Assembly (NCBI GenBank): GCA_963704755.1
Contig: OY969938.1
Span: 4,410,001 to 4,442,000 of the forward strand
From: an uncultured Chloroflexia bacterium
GTDB taxonomy: Bacteria > Chloroflexota > Anaerolineae > Anaerolineales > Anaerolineaceae
Direction: 5' to 3'
DNA length: 32,000 bases
Below, in pieces: positions 1-6,556 of this stretch. The position numbers and the translations under genes were made by a program. How positions within the stretch are numbered: the first letter of the stretch is position 1; the number at the start of each line of letters is the position of its first letter. Below the pieces are notes generated by a model. That model was given only the letters and a program-made list of their open reading frames with translations. It did no database searches and was not told where the DNA came from.

Positions 1-227
1 GCGGCCGTCTGGCCAAAATTACGCCGGAAAACGATCACTCGTATGTGCAGGGGGTCCAGTTTGGCCAGGTCCATTAACGCCTGAGTAGAGCCATCCCGGC
101 TGCCGTCATCGATGAGCAATAATTCCCAGGGTTTGCCCAGGTCTACCAGGCTTTTAACGATAGCTTGATAAAGCAGGGGAATATTTTCAACTTCGTTGTA
201 GATAGGTGAAACGATTGAAAGATACAT
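1..227 (-). CDS. Family-2 glycosyltransferase (polyprenyl-phosphate sugar transferase-like), N-terminal 75 codons only; gene continues past the window start
   Basis: Reverse-strand translation from ATG (227-225): MYLSIVSPIYNEVENIPLLYQAIVKSLVDLGKPWELLLIDDGSRDGSTQALMDLAKLDPLHIRVIVFRRNFGQTAA. Classic GT2 N-terminus (PxYNE, DDGSxDGS, RNFGQ). SD GAGGTG lies just upstream. Absent from the ORF track because it is open at the window edge. Confidence 0.8.
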   Translation of the reverse strand, partial: MYLSIVSPIYNEVENIPLLYQAIVKSLVDLGKPWELLLIDDGSRDGSTQALMDLAKLDPLHIRVIVFRRNFGQTA

Positions 228-228
228 G

Positions 229-285
229 CTCACCTCAAATTGATTTCCCCCCAATTTTACTTGTGTTTTGAGGATTTGAGGTGAG
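229..285 (-). promoter_or_regulatory. 12-bp perfect inverted repeat that pairs the GT2 Shine-Dalgarno with an upstream anti-SD sequence
   Basis: Plus-strand arms are CTCACCTCAAAT (229-240) and ATTTGAGGTGAG (274-285). On the minus-strand mRNA this reads CUCACCUCAAAU-33 nt-AUUUGAGGUGAG-C-AUG, so the SD GAGGUG is fully inside the stem. The loop holds a second CCUCAAA copy. Confidence 0.45.
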
Positions 286-315
286 ATGTCTTGTTTTCGA
301 CGCTTGCAAAGATTG

Positions 316-366
316 TTCTGGATGAGGACGAACACCTACTTTGCGTTCTTTTATTCTCATCCAGAA
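316..366 (-). repeat. 11-bp perfect inverted repeat (TTCTGGATGAG / CTCATCCAGAA) with a 29-nt spacer, downstream of the LapA-like gene
   Basis: Arms at 316-326 and 356-366, read directly. Lies about 40 nt past the minus-strand stop at 407. No clean U-tract follows, so it is a possible 3' stem-loop rather than a canonical terminator. Confidence 0.35.
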
Positions 367-406
367 TTCAGGCATCCGGATTAAGCAGGAAAAGACCGCG
401 GCAAAA

Positions 407-784
407 TTATTGCGGTGTGGATTGGTCCGGCGCCGGATCAGGTGCAGTTTCTACCGTTTCGACCACCGGAGCCGGCTTTCCCATATCGGCAATCAAGGCA
501 GTCTGGGCTTCGATCTTTTGCCGGGCTTCTTGGAGGCTCTTTTCCAGCGAATCGATCTTCTTTTTACGAGACGAAAGCTGAATTTTGTTGCGGATGACGG
601 AGGGTAATATGGTCAACAAACCGATAATGACCCCCGCGGCGATTGCGATTAACAGAATCAACGCCAGGGATTGATCCCATCTCCAGACCATGAATGCGAC
701 CGAGATTGGAATAGTATTTTGCAACGCAAATATTACGGCCACCACGGCCACAATTAAGGCAAGTATAAGAAATACAGTGAGCAT
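407..784 (-). CDS. LapA-domain (DUF1049-like) small inner-membrane protein with a coiled-coil/Pro-rich tail
   Basis: 125-aa ORF. Two hydrophobic helices (MLTVFLILALIVAVVAVIFAL..., LALILLIAIAAGVIIGLL) are followed by the basic stretch RNKIQLSSRKKKIDSLEKSLQEARQKIE, typical of LapA/YciS-type proteins. SD GGAGGG sits 7 nt before the ATG. Confidence 0.7.
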   Translation of the reverse strand: MLTVFLILALIVAVVAVIFALQNTIPISVAFMVWRWDQSLALILLIAIAAGVIIGLLTILPSVIRNKIQLSSRKKKIDSLEKSLQEARQKIEAQTALIADMGKPAPVVETVETAPDPAPDQSTPQ

Positions 785-1039
785 AACTTTACCCTCCTGG
801 AAAACCCCAAGAAGCCAGATCTGAAACGACTAGGATGATTGCGTTCAACGACATTATTAAAAATAATTATGCCACATTTTCGCGGAGTGCGCATAAACGG
901 GCGGGTACGTTTTCTGGGTGATTGCGTGCTCCGGTTTTCAAAGAGATCGATCCGGGGTTTTGGAGCTGGCTGCCGGCCATTGATCAGTACGCAATAAATT
1001 GAGACTAGGCCTGCCCGGCGATGCGCCTGATGTTCGGAT

Positions 1040-1913
1040 TCATTGCTCGAAAGGAACGTCTGAATAAGTGAACGCCAGGCCGACTGAACCTGTGCCGATA
1101 TACGTCCCCAAAACCGGGCTGATGGTGGTGACGAATGCGTTGACCACCCGGTCGACGCCCAGATATTCGCGGGCGTTTTCGACTAGTTTTTCGGCCAGTT
1201 CGGGAATATCGGCATACAACCCGGCAATTTCAATGTATTTGCTGTCGCCCACTTCCTGCCCGACCAGTTCGATGACCCGCTGCATAGCGCGCCCAAAGGT
1301 GCGCACCTTTTCGGCCGCGTCGATGATCCCTTCGCGCGTTTTCAGAATGGGCTTGATCTGCAGGACAGACCCGAGGAACGTGGCTGCTCCGCCGATGCGC
1401 CCGCCGCGATAAAGAAATTCCAGGCTGCCTGGGACGAAATAAATGTTGGAGTGTTTGCGTACATTTTCAGCGATTTCGGTGCATTCAGTCAATGAAGCGC
1501 CATTTACGGCTGCCTGGGCGGCGTGCAGCACCATGAAAGCCATCGCGGCTGCGCCGGTCAGCGAGTTCGACCAGGTTAATTTTGTTCGAGGCCAACTCTT
1601 TGATCGCCTGGCAGGCAGCGTTGAACGTACCGGACAATTTGGAGGAGAAGTGAATGCTGAGGATTTCGTAACCCTGGTCCAGTAATTTCTTGTAAATATT
1701 GATAAATTCCTGGGTGGTAATTTGGGATGTTTTCGGCAGGTCTTTTTCAATTTTCAGCCGGCCGAAAAATTCGGCCGGTTGGATATTTACACTGTCGTCG
1801 TAATTTTGCCCATTCCAGGTGATGTGCATCGGCAGAATATGAATGGGCAGCCCGTTCATCAAATCTTGTGATACATACGCGGTACTGTCGGTGATTATGG
1901 CTACTTTACTCAA
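1040..1913 (-). pseudogene. degV: DegV-family fatty-acid-binding protein, reading frame broken by one extra nucleotide near 1566-1567 (true pseudogene or assembly indel)
   Basis: The N-terminal ORF 1485-1913 (MSKVAIITDSTAYV...IHFSSKLSGTFNAACQA...NKINLV) and the C-terminal ORF 1040-1750 (...SLTGAAAMAFMVLHAAQAAVNGASLTECTEI...GGRIGGA...) are the two halves of one DegV protein. Removing one A from GTCGAACTCG (mRNA sense) gives ...KINLVDSLTGAA..., the conserved I-x-V-x-DS motif. TTG start with SD GGGAGA. Confidence 0.8.
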
Positions 1914-2262
1914 TCTAATTCTCCCAAAAATAAATCTGTCCGGTACCTTTTCGGCGTCAGGGTCATGCTAGCTTACCAATGGCATAGGACCTGTTAATTA
2001 TTCCATTAATTCAATATTTTGCGGGAAGATTCACGAAAATAGGATTAAAGTATGACCTTTCGACCGACCAAAAAATCTTGCCTGGCCATGTTCGGCGAAT
2101 GCATTTCGGTGTGTTTGCCGGATGCACGGCTCCAGGCAAATCCCTGGATGTTGGCGAAGCTATGGATAACCCATATTTTATTGGTTGCAAAATATTCGAA
2201 GCCTCTTTTTTAATAGCACCTGTATAACATGCCGAAAATCCAATTAATCTAGATCAACAACC

Positions 2263-2291
2263 TTGACAAATGGCAAACCCATTGTTATTAT
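2263..2291 (+). promoter_or_regulatory. Sigma-70-type promoter: TTGACA, 17 nt spacer, TGtTATTAT (extended -10)
   Basis: -35 TTGACA at 2263-2268, 17-nt spacer, TGT at 2283-2285, -10 TATTAT at 2286-2291. Lies in an AT-rich 650-bp non-coding stretch. Confidence 0.6.
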
Positions 2292-2317
2292 CGAACTATA
2301 CTCTGGAGAAAGGACGC

Positions 2318-2425
2318 ATGCGAGGAATGGAAAGCTCTATCGATATCAAATCCATCTATTGCACCAGCATCGAAGTTGCTGGCGGCTTAGCTTTTCCTTC
2401 TTGGAGTGCGCCTGGATACCGGTAA
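2318..2425 (+). CDS. Candidate 35-aa small peptide MRGMESSIDIKSIYCTSIEVAGGLAFPSWSAPGYR (precursor-peptide-like or regulatory leader peptide)
   Basis: ATG at 2318 is preceded by GGAG (2305-2308) / AAGGA (2310-2314); TAA at 2423-2425. It sits between a near-consensus promoter and tandem hairpins with T-runs. Below the ORF-track size cut-off. No homology is recognisable by eye. Confidence 0.35.
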   Translation: MRGMESSIDIKSIYCTSIEVAGGLAFPSWSAPGYR

Positions 2426-2448
2426 GTTCTAAATAAGTAGAACCAACG

Positions 2449-2486
2449 GCCACGGGAGCACTTCAAGCCCCGTGGCTTTTTTATTT
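2449..2486 (+). terminator. Rho-independent terminator-like hairpin with a T-run
   Basis: GCCACGGG (2449-2456) pairs with CCCGTGGC (2469-2476) around a 12-nt loop, followed by TTTTTTATTT (2477-2486). Confidence 0.6.
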
Positions 2487-2500
2487 CGATAGGCGAATTA

Positions 2501-2540
2501 GGCCACGGGAGCTGGGTCCCTGTGGCCTTTGCGTTTATTT
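2501..2540 (+). terminator. Second, sequence-related hairpin with an interrupted T-rich tail
   Basis: GGCCACGGGA (2501-2510) pairs with TCCCtGTGGCC (2517-2527, one bulge) around a 6-nt loop, then TTTGCGTTTATTT. It shares the 12-mer GGCCACGGGAGC with the first hairpin (2448-2459 versus 2501-2512). Confidence 0.45.
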
Positions 2541-2566
2541 GGCGGAATGATTGCGGGAGGCAGGCA

Positions 2567-3163
2567 ATGCTTACAAAGGATACTCGTACGGATGTAAACG
2601 AATTCGATTACTTATATAAGCGTGGCGAACCCCAGCGGGTCGCGCCGAACGGGCCAGATTTTTCTATGGAGGCCAACATGTTTACCACATTGATGAATTA
2701 CGGAAGTTACCGGGTAGATTACCTGAATAAGCATAAGATGGGCGACCCCCGTGCAGTGGGCCTGTATGTGCTCGGTAGCCTCTCTCGAGAAGAAATTTAT
2801 AGCCGTTCCGCCAAACGTGCTCTTTACCAGGGGTTGATGGTGGTTAACGGACAACTTGGAAAAGAAAATCTGGTGGGCGTTTATGTGGATATCAACTGTC
2901 CTACCCAAACAACTCGCCAGGCGTACCAGGTGTTAAAGCGGGACGTAAAGGCCGGGATGTTCCATAAAGTATTGGTGCAATCCCTGGACGACCTGTTTAC
3001 AGACGCCGATTCGTTTGCCGACTGGTGGACCTTTTATCGGGAACTGGTACAGTGTGAGATTCTGACGATCATGGCCGGCGCTGCCCGGCCTACGCCGGTA
3101 CTGTATTGGTCGGGCGACAACGCAGCGAATTTTGAAAGGATGATGTTATGCAAAACTCAATAA
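2567..3163 (+). CDS. Hypothetical 198-aa protein; by eye, a degenerate serine-recombinase (resolvase) catalytic-domain-like pattern with no DNA-binding domain
   Basis: The ORF-track frame spans 2522-3163. The preferred start is ATG 2567 (SD GGGAGG at 2555-2560, 6-nt spacing), because the track start lies inside the second hairpin. It overlaps the ABC ATPase start by 16 nt. The motif string YVLGSLS...VGVYVDIN...[30 protein letters not shown]...[10 protein letters not shown] resembles YxRVS...RPxxxxLLxxVxxGxxDxVLVxxLDRLxR. Confidence 0.55.
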   Translation: MLTKDTRTDVNEFDYLYKRGEPQRVAPNGPDFSMEANMFTTLMNYGSYRVDYLNKHKMGDPRAVGLYVLGSLSREEIYSRSAKRALYQGLMVVNGQLGKENLVGVYVDINCPTQTTRQAYQVLKRDVKAGMFHKVLVQSLDDLFTDADSFADWWTFYRELVQCEILTIMAGAARPTPVLYWSGDNAANFERMMLCKTQ

Positions 3164-4082
3164 TCGTCGAAGACGTTTATAAAAAGTTTGGCAAACCGGC
3201 CGAACCGTTCTGGAAGAGATGGCGGAACGCCAGACATGCAAATGGATCCACCTCCCAAAATGGGTCTGGCGGCCTGGTAAACCCGCTGGGTAATGAGTCC
3301 AACTATGCCAAAACAATTGGGAATGGCCATAAACCGGCCGAATCTGCTTACATCGTGGCTGTGGACCACGTCTCGTTCGAAGTAGCGGAAGGTGAGATCT
3401 TTGGTATTCTCGGGCCAAACGGCGGAGGCAAATCGACATTGATCCGGGTAATTTCGACCTTATTGTTACCTGACAGCGGCAAGGTGGATGTGTTTGGTTA
3501 CGATGTGGTGCGGCAGCCCTTGCAGGTGCAAAGGCTGATCAACCGCGTCAGCGTCGAGGCTTCCTTCTTTAAAAGCTCTCTCCGATGGAGAACCTGATGT
3601 ACGGCGTGCGCTTGTATGGCTTGCCGGCTTCGAAAACTCGCAAGCAGATCGTGGATATCCTCACCCGGCTGGGTTTAAAGGAAAGGGACATCTTTCACCC
3701 GATGGAGGAGATGTCGCGCGGAATGCAACAGAAGGTCGCCATCACGCGGGCGCTGCTCTCTCAACCCCGGCTGCTGTTGTTGGATGAGCCGACGACGGGC
3801 CTGGATCCGCGTTCCAAACGCGAGGTCCAGAAGGTCGTCCGGGAAATGCAGCAGACCTTTAATACAACCATTCTGTTGACCAGTCACGATATGGTCGAGG
3901 CGGAAACGTTGTGTGACCGGATCGCGATTATGGACAACGGTAAGGTGGTCGCGCTGGACACACCTGAACGACTGAAATGGCTGCTGCCGGCGCATGAGGA
4001 TCGTACGGTCACCCTGGAAGATGTTTTCCTGGAACTGACCGGAAAGCAGTTGAAAACAGAAGAAGAGGAGGAGAGGGGTTAA
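3148..4082 (+). pseudogene. ABC transporter ATP-binding protein (ABC-2/DrrA-like subfamily), frame broken by one missing nucleotide in the A-run at 3571-3574 (pseudogene or assembly indel)
   Basis: ORF 3148-3597 carries Walker A (GPNGGGKST). ORF 3585-4082 carries the signature (MSRGMQQK), Walker B (LLLLDEPTTGLD) and the H-loop (TSHD). Adding one A gives ...[24 protein letters not shown]..., a continuous canonical ATPase. SD AAAGGA sits 7 nt before ATG 3148. Confidence 0.85.
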
Positions 4083-4107
4083 TCGTTTTCGCTTGACCCT
4101 CTCCTCC
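4067..4107 (+). promoter_or_regulatory. Intercistronic hairpin straddling the ATPase stop codon: 11-bp perfect stem GGAGGAGAGGG / CCCTCTCCTCC
   Basis: Arms at 4067-4077 (coding EEEERG) and 4097-4107, 19-nt loop containing TAA at 4080-4082. The 3' arm contains CCUCC, complementary to the permease SD GGAGG at 4130-4134. Confidence 0.4.
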
Positions 4108-4140
4108 AACTCGTGGAAATAAACGTAGCGGAGGTATACG

Positions 4141-4974
4141 TTGGCTACTTTGGCTTATCAAATGCGCGCTTCTTACGCGTTTGTCGAACGCAATTTCAAC
4201 CTGATCAAACGTTACTGGACCTGGGAATTGGTCTGGTTGGTGTATTCCACGGCGGATTGTATGGCCGTCAGTTTCATTGGCGTAGGCATGCCGCAGATCA
4301 GTGGGAGCGCGGCGGCCGATATCGATACCCACTACCTGGTGCTGTACCTGTTGATCGGTACCCTGGTGTGGCGTTTCCTTTCTACTATATTCTATTGGAT
4401 CACCGACCTGATCAACATCGAGCGCTGGGAAGGGACGATCGAATATACGCTGATGGCGCCGGTGCAGCGCTTCGCGCACATGCTGGGACAGACCGGCTTT
4501 GCCCTGGTTTACTCACTTTTCTTTACCGGGGTAATCCTGCTGGTGACGGTGAATGTGTTCCACATCGATCTGAGCCAGGCAAACTTGTTGGGCGGGGTGG
4601 TCATGCTGATCGCCGGCAGTTTCTCTTTTGTGGGGATCGGCATCATGGCCTCGGTTCTGCCTTTGCTCTTTCCCGAGCGAGGTTCGCAGATGACCCATGT
4701 GTTCATCGCGATTCTGTTGCTGGTCTCCGGCGTTTACTACCCGGTTGATGTTCTGCCGGCCGCCTTGAGGGCCCTGGCGCGCTTCAGCCCGGCGACTTAC
4801 GTGCTGGAGGGCGTCCGCAATGCGCTGCTCCAGGATATGCAAACCGTTAATCTTTGGCCCGATATCTGGCCGGCCTTGTTTATGGGGGCCATTCTCATCC
4901 CGGCCGGGTTGTGGGTTTTCCGCATGGCAGAACGGTACGCCAAACGTTCCGGCAAGCTGCACCGCAACGGATAA
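4141..4974 (+). CDS. ABC-2-type transporter permease (6 TM)
   Basis: 277-aa hydrophobic ORF with an ABC-2 membrane-family N-terminus (FVERNFNLIKRYWTWELVW). TTG start at 4141, 6 nt after SD GGAGG; alternative ATG at 4162. Immediately follows the ATPase. Confidence 0.85.
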   Translation: MATLAYQMRASYAFVERNFNLIKRYWTWELVWLVYSTADCMAVSFIGVGMPQISGSAAADIDTHYLVLYLLIGTLVWRFLSTIFYWITDLINIERWEGTIEYTLMAPVQRFAHMLGQTGFALVYSLFFTGVILLVTVNVFHIDLSQANLLGGVVMLIAGSFSFVGIGIMASVLPLLFPERGSQMTHVFIAILLLVSGVYYPVDVLPAALRALARFSPATYVLEGVRNALLQDMQTVNLWPDIWPALFMGAILIPAGLWVFRMAERYAKRSGKLHRNG

Positions 4975-4982
4975 TCAGCTTT

Positions 4983-5018
4983 CCTGCCCTGCGGCGGGCA
5001 TGCTCCGCCGCAGGCAGG
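4983..5018 (+). terminator. GC-rich hairpin after the ABC operon (14 bp with one bulge); possible terminator without an adjacent U-tract
   Basis: CCTGCCcTGCGGCGG (4983-4997) pairs with CCGCCGCAGGCAGG (5005-5018), starting 9 nt after the permease stop (TAA 4972-4974). The T-run is not adjacent. Confidence 0.45.
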
Positions 5019-5200
5019 GCGGCATCTATCAAACGTTTTACTACAAAAGTAACTTCAAAATCGAATAGGCCTTTCATGGTATACTTGCGCGGGTTTGTTT
5101 TTTCTAGACGGTGAACGTTCGAATCGGGAGAAAAAGATCGGGCCGTTTAGCGATTAAAATCAAACCATTAACGAAAAGCTTCAAGGAACGGTATAAATTG

Positions 5201-5827
5201 ATGGCGATCAAAGCAGTGATTTTTGATATGGGGGGAGTAATTCTTCGAACGGAGGATCCGCTGCCCAGGCAGCAACTGGCCCAGGAATACCATTTTCAAC
5301 TCAATCAATTCAACGAATCGCTTTTTTTTAGCGAGGAATCCCAATTGGCAGAAATGGGTCAGGTGAGTGAAGCGCAGCACTGGCAAAATGTTTTGGCCGG
5401 TTATCACGTCCCTGAAGGGGAGCGCCAGTCCTTTATCGGCCGGTTTTGGTCTGGAGACCGGGCGAACAAGGCCCTGATTGATCTGTTCGGGCGGCTGAAA
5501 GGACAGTATAAAGTTGGGCTGCTGAGCAATGCCTGGGACGGCGCACGGTCGACCATTCAATCCCAGTATAATTTCCTGGATGTCTTCGATGTATCCATCT
5601 TTTCGGCCGAGGTAGGGCTGCGCAAACCGGATCCCCGGATTTATCACCTGATTCTGGACCGGCTGGACGTCCAACCGGACGAGGCGGTTTTCATCGATGA
5701 TTTCCCGGTGAATATCGAAGTGGCTCGCGCGGTAGGGTTACAGGCTATCCGGTTCACCGATACGGACCTGGCGATTGCGGAGCTCGATAGGATTTTAGGC
5801 GCTCCTGCGGGTGGAACCAGTCATTGA
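5201..5827 (+). CDS. HAD-superfamily hydrolase (subfamily IA phosphatase)
   Basis: MAIKAVIFDMGGVIL (DxDxV-type motif I as FDMGGV), LLSNA (motif II), KPDPRIY...FIDD (motifs III/IV). The ORF-track frame opens at 5111, but ATG 5201 (or TTG 5198) matches the family N-terminus. Confidence 0.85.
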   Translation: MAIKAVIFDMGGVILRTEDPLPRQQLAQEYHFQLNQFNESLFFSEESQLAEMGQVSEAQHWQNVLAGYHVPEGERQSFIGRFWSGDRANKALIDLFGRLKGQYKVGLLSNAWDGARSTIQSQYNFLDVFDVSIFSAEVGLRKPDPRIYHLILDRLDVQPDEAVFIDDFPVNIEVARAVGLQAIRFTDTDLAIAELDRILGAPAGGTSH

Positions 5828-6438
5828 GCCCGGACGAAATTCCCCTGGCCGTTGTGGCTCTGGTCGCCGATACACACGTCCCCGACCGGGTATCCGCGCT
5901 TCACCCCAAACTGCTCCAGGAGTTAGAAAAGCTTCACCCCGACATGATCCTGCACGCGGGGGATATCTGTTTTCAACCCGTCCTGGATGTCCTTGGGCTA
6001 ATTGCCCCGGTGTATGCGGTCCGCGGTAACCGTGATTGGTTCGGGATGCACACGATACCCACCCGCCAGATTGTTTCGGTGGGCGGCATAAAGATCGCCA
6101 TGATGCACGGTCACGGAACCTTGCGGGATTATTTTGCCGATAAATGGGCCTTCCTGAAGGAGGGGTATCAATTGGAGCGCTATATCCGCCTGTTGCGGCC
6201 GCATATCGAAGATGCAACGGTGGTCGTGTTTGGCCATACCCACCGGCCCGTATTGCATTCGGAGGGGAATGTGTTATACTTCAACCCGGGTTCCGCATCA
6301 CTTTCGGCACCCCGGGGAGGGTTCCCGACATTTGGAATATTGAAGATTTTCCCTCAAGGCGTTGTTAAAGGGGAATTTATCGAGCTGAGAGGGTATAAAG
6401 TGCAAAACCACCAGTGGGTCAAATTCTTAGAAAGTTGA
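5824..6438 (+). CDS. YfcE/MJ0936-family metallophosphoesterase
   Basis: Motifs ADTHVP, HAGD, GNRD, MHGH and GHTH in canonical order. TTG start overlaps the HAD stop (ATTGA). The start is uncertain. Confidence 0.8.
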   Translation: MSPDEIPLAVVALVADTHVPDRVSALHPKLLQELEKLHPDMILHAGDICFQPVLDVLGLIAPVYAVRGNRDWFGMHTIPTRQIVSVGGIKIAMMHGHGTLRDYFADKWAFLKEGYQLERYIRLLRPHIEDATVVVFGHTHRPVLHSEGNVLYFNPGSASLSAPRGGFPTFGILKIFPQGVVKGEFIELRGYKVQNHQWVKFLES

Positions 6439-6446
6439 TGGTTTTC

Positions 6447-6475
6447 TTGACCTATTGCGTCTCTTTTGTTATAAT
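6447..6475 (+). promoter_or_regulatory. Consensus sigma-70 promoter for rpoB: TTGACC, 17 nt spacer, TGtTATAAT
   Basis: -35 at 6447-6452, 17-nt spacer, extended -10 TGT (6467-6469) plus TATAAT (6470-6475). Lies about 80 nt upstream of the rpoB ATG. Confidence 0.65.
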
Positions 6476-6556
6476 CATCATTTGCGTAAATTGCCTAAAT
6501 GGGCACTTTTATCCCATTAAACCGATCCTGCCAGGTGTTTTAGTCAGGAGAATATT

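Noticed and set aside
291-607. Plus-strand ORFs of 60-96 aa overlapping the LapA-like gene and the spacer
   Set aside because: They overlap a better-supported minus-strand membrane-protein gene and the hairpin region. No SD is present and the composition is non-protein-like.
2052-2213. 53-codon ORF (MTFRPTKKSCLAMFGECISVCLPDARLQ...) with AGGA 7 nt upstream, in the AT-rich degV / small-ORF divergent spacer
   Set aside because: It lies upstream of the identified promoter, has no terminator or recognisable motif, and ends in a T-run. It cannot be distinguished from a chance ORF without comparative data.
2301-2315. CTCTGGAGA...AAGGAC resembles the 5' and 3' conserved ends of a glycine riboswitch aptamer
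   Set aside because: The two elements are adjacent, with none of the roughly 80-nt aptamer core (no ACCGAAGGGGCAA-type segment). This is a coincidental match overlapping the SD of the small ORF.
3565-3576. Possible programmed -1 ribosomal frameshift joining the two ABC ATPase ORFs at TTT AAA AGC
   Set aside because: The zero-frame codons do not form an X XXY YYZ slippery heptamer: re-pairing would give CUU/UAA. No downstream pseudoknot is evident. A simple 1-nt indel in the A-run is the more economical explanation.
4009-4962. Minus-strand ORFs (156 and 149 aa) and alternative plus-frame ORFs over the ABC permease
   Set aside because: They overlap a clear 6-TM ABC-2 permease frame. Their translations are Arg/Gly/His-rich shadows.
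5117-5125. GTTCGAATC, a tRNA T-loop-like motif
   Set aside because: The flanking bases do not form a T-stem, and no acceptor or anticodon arms can be drawn. It is not a tRNA.
5795-6217. 140-aa minus-strand ORF over the metallophosphoesterase gene
   Set aside because: Shadow ORF. The plus-strand frame carries all five metallophosphoesterase motifs.
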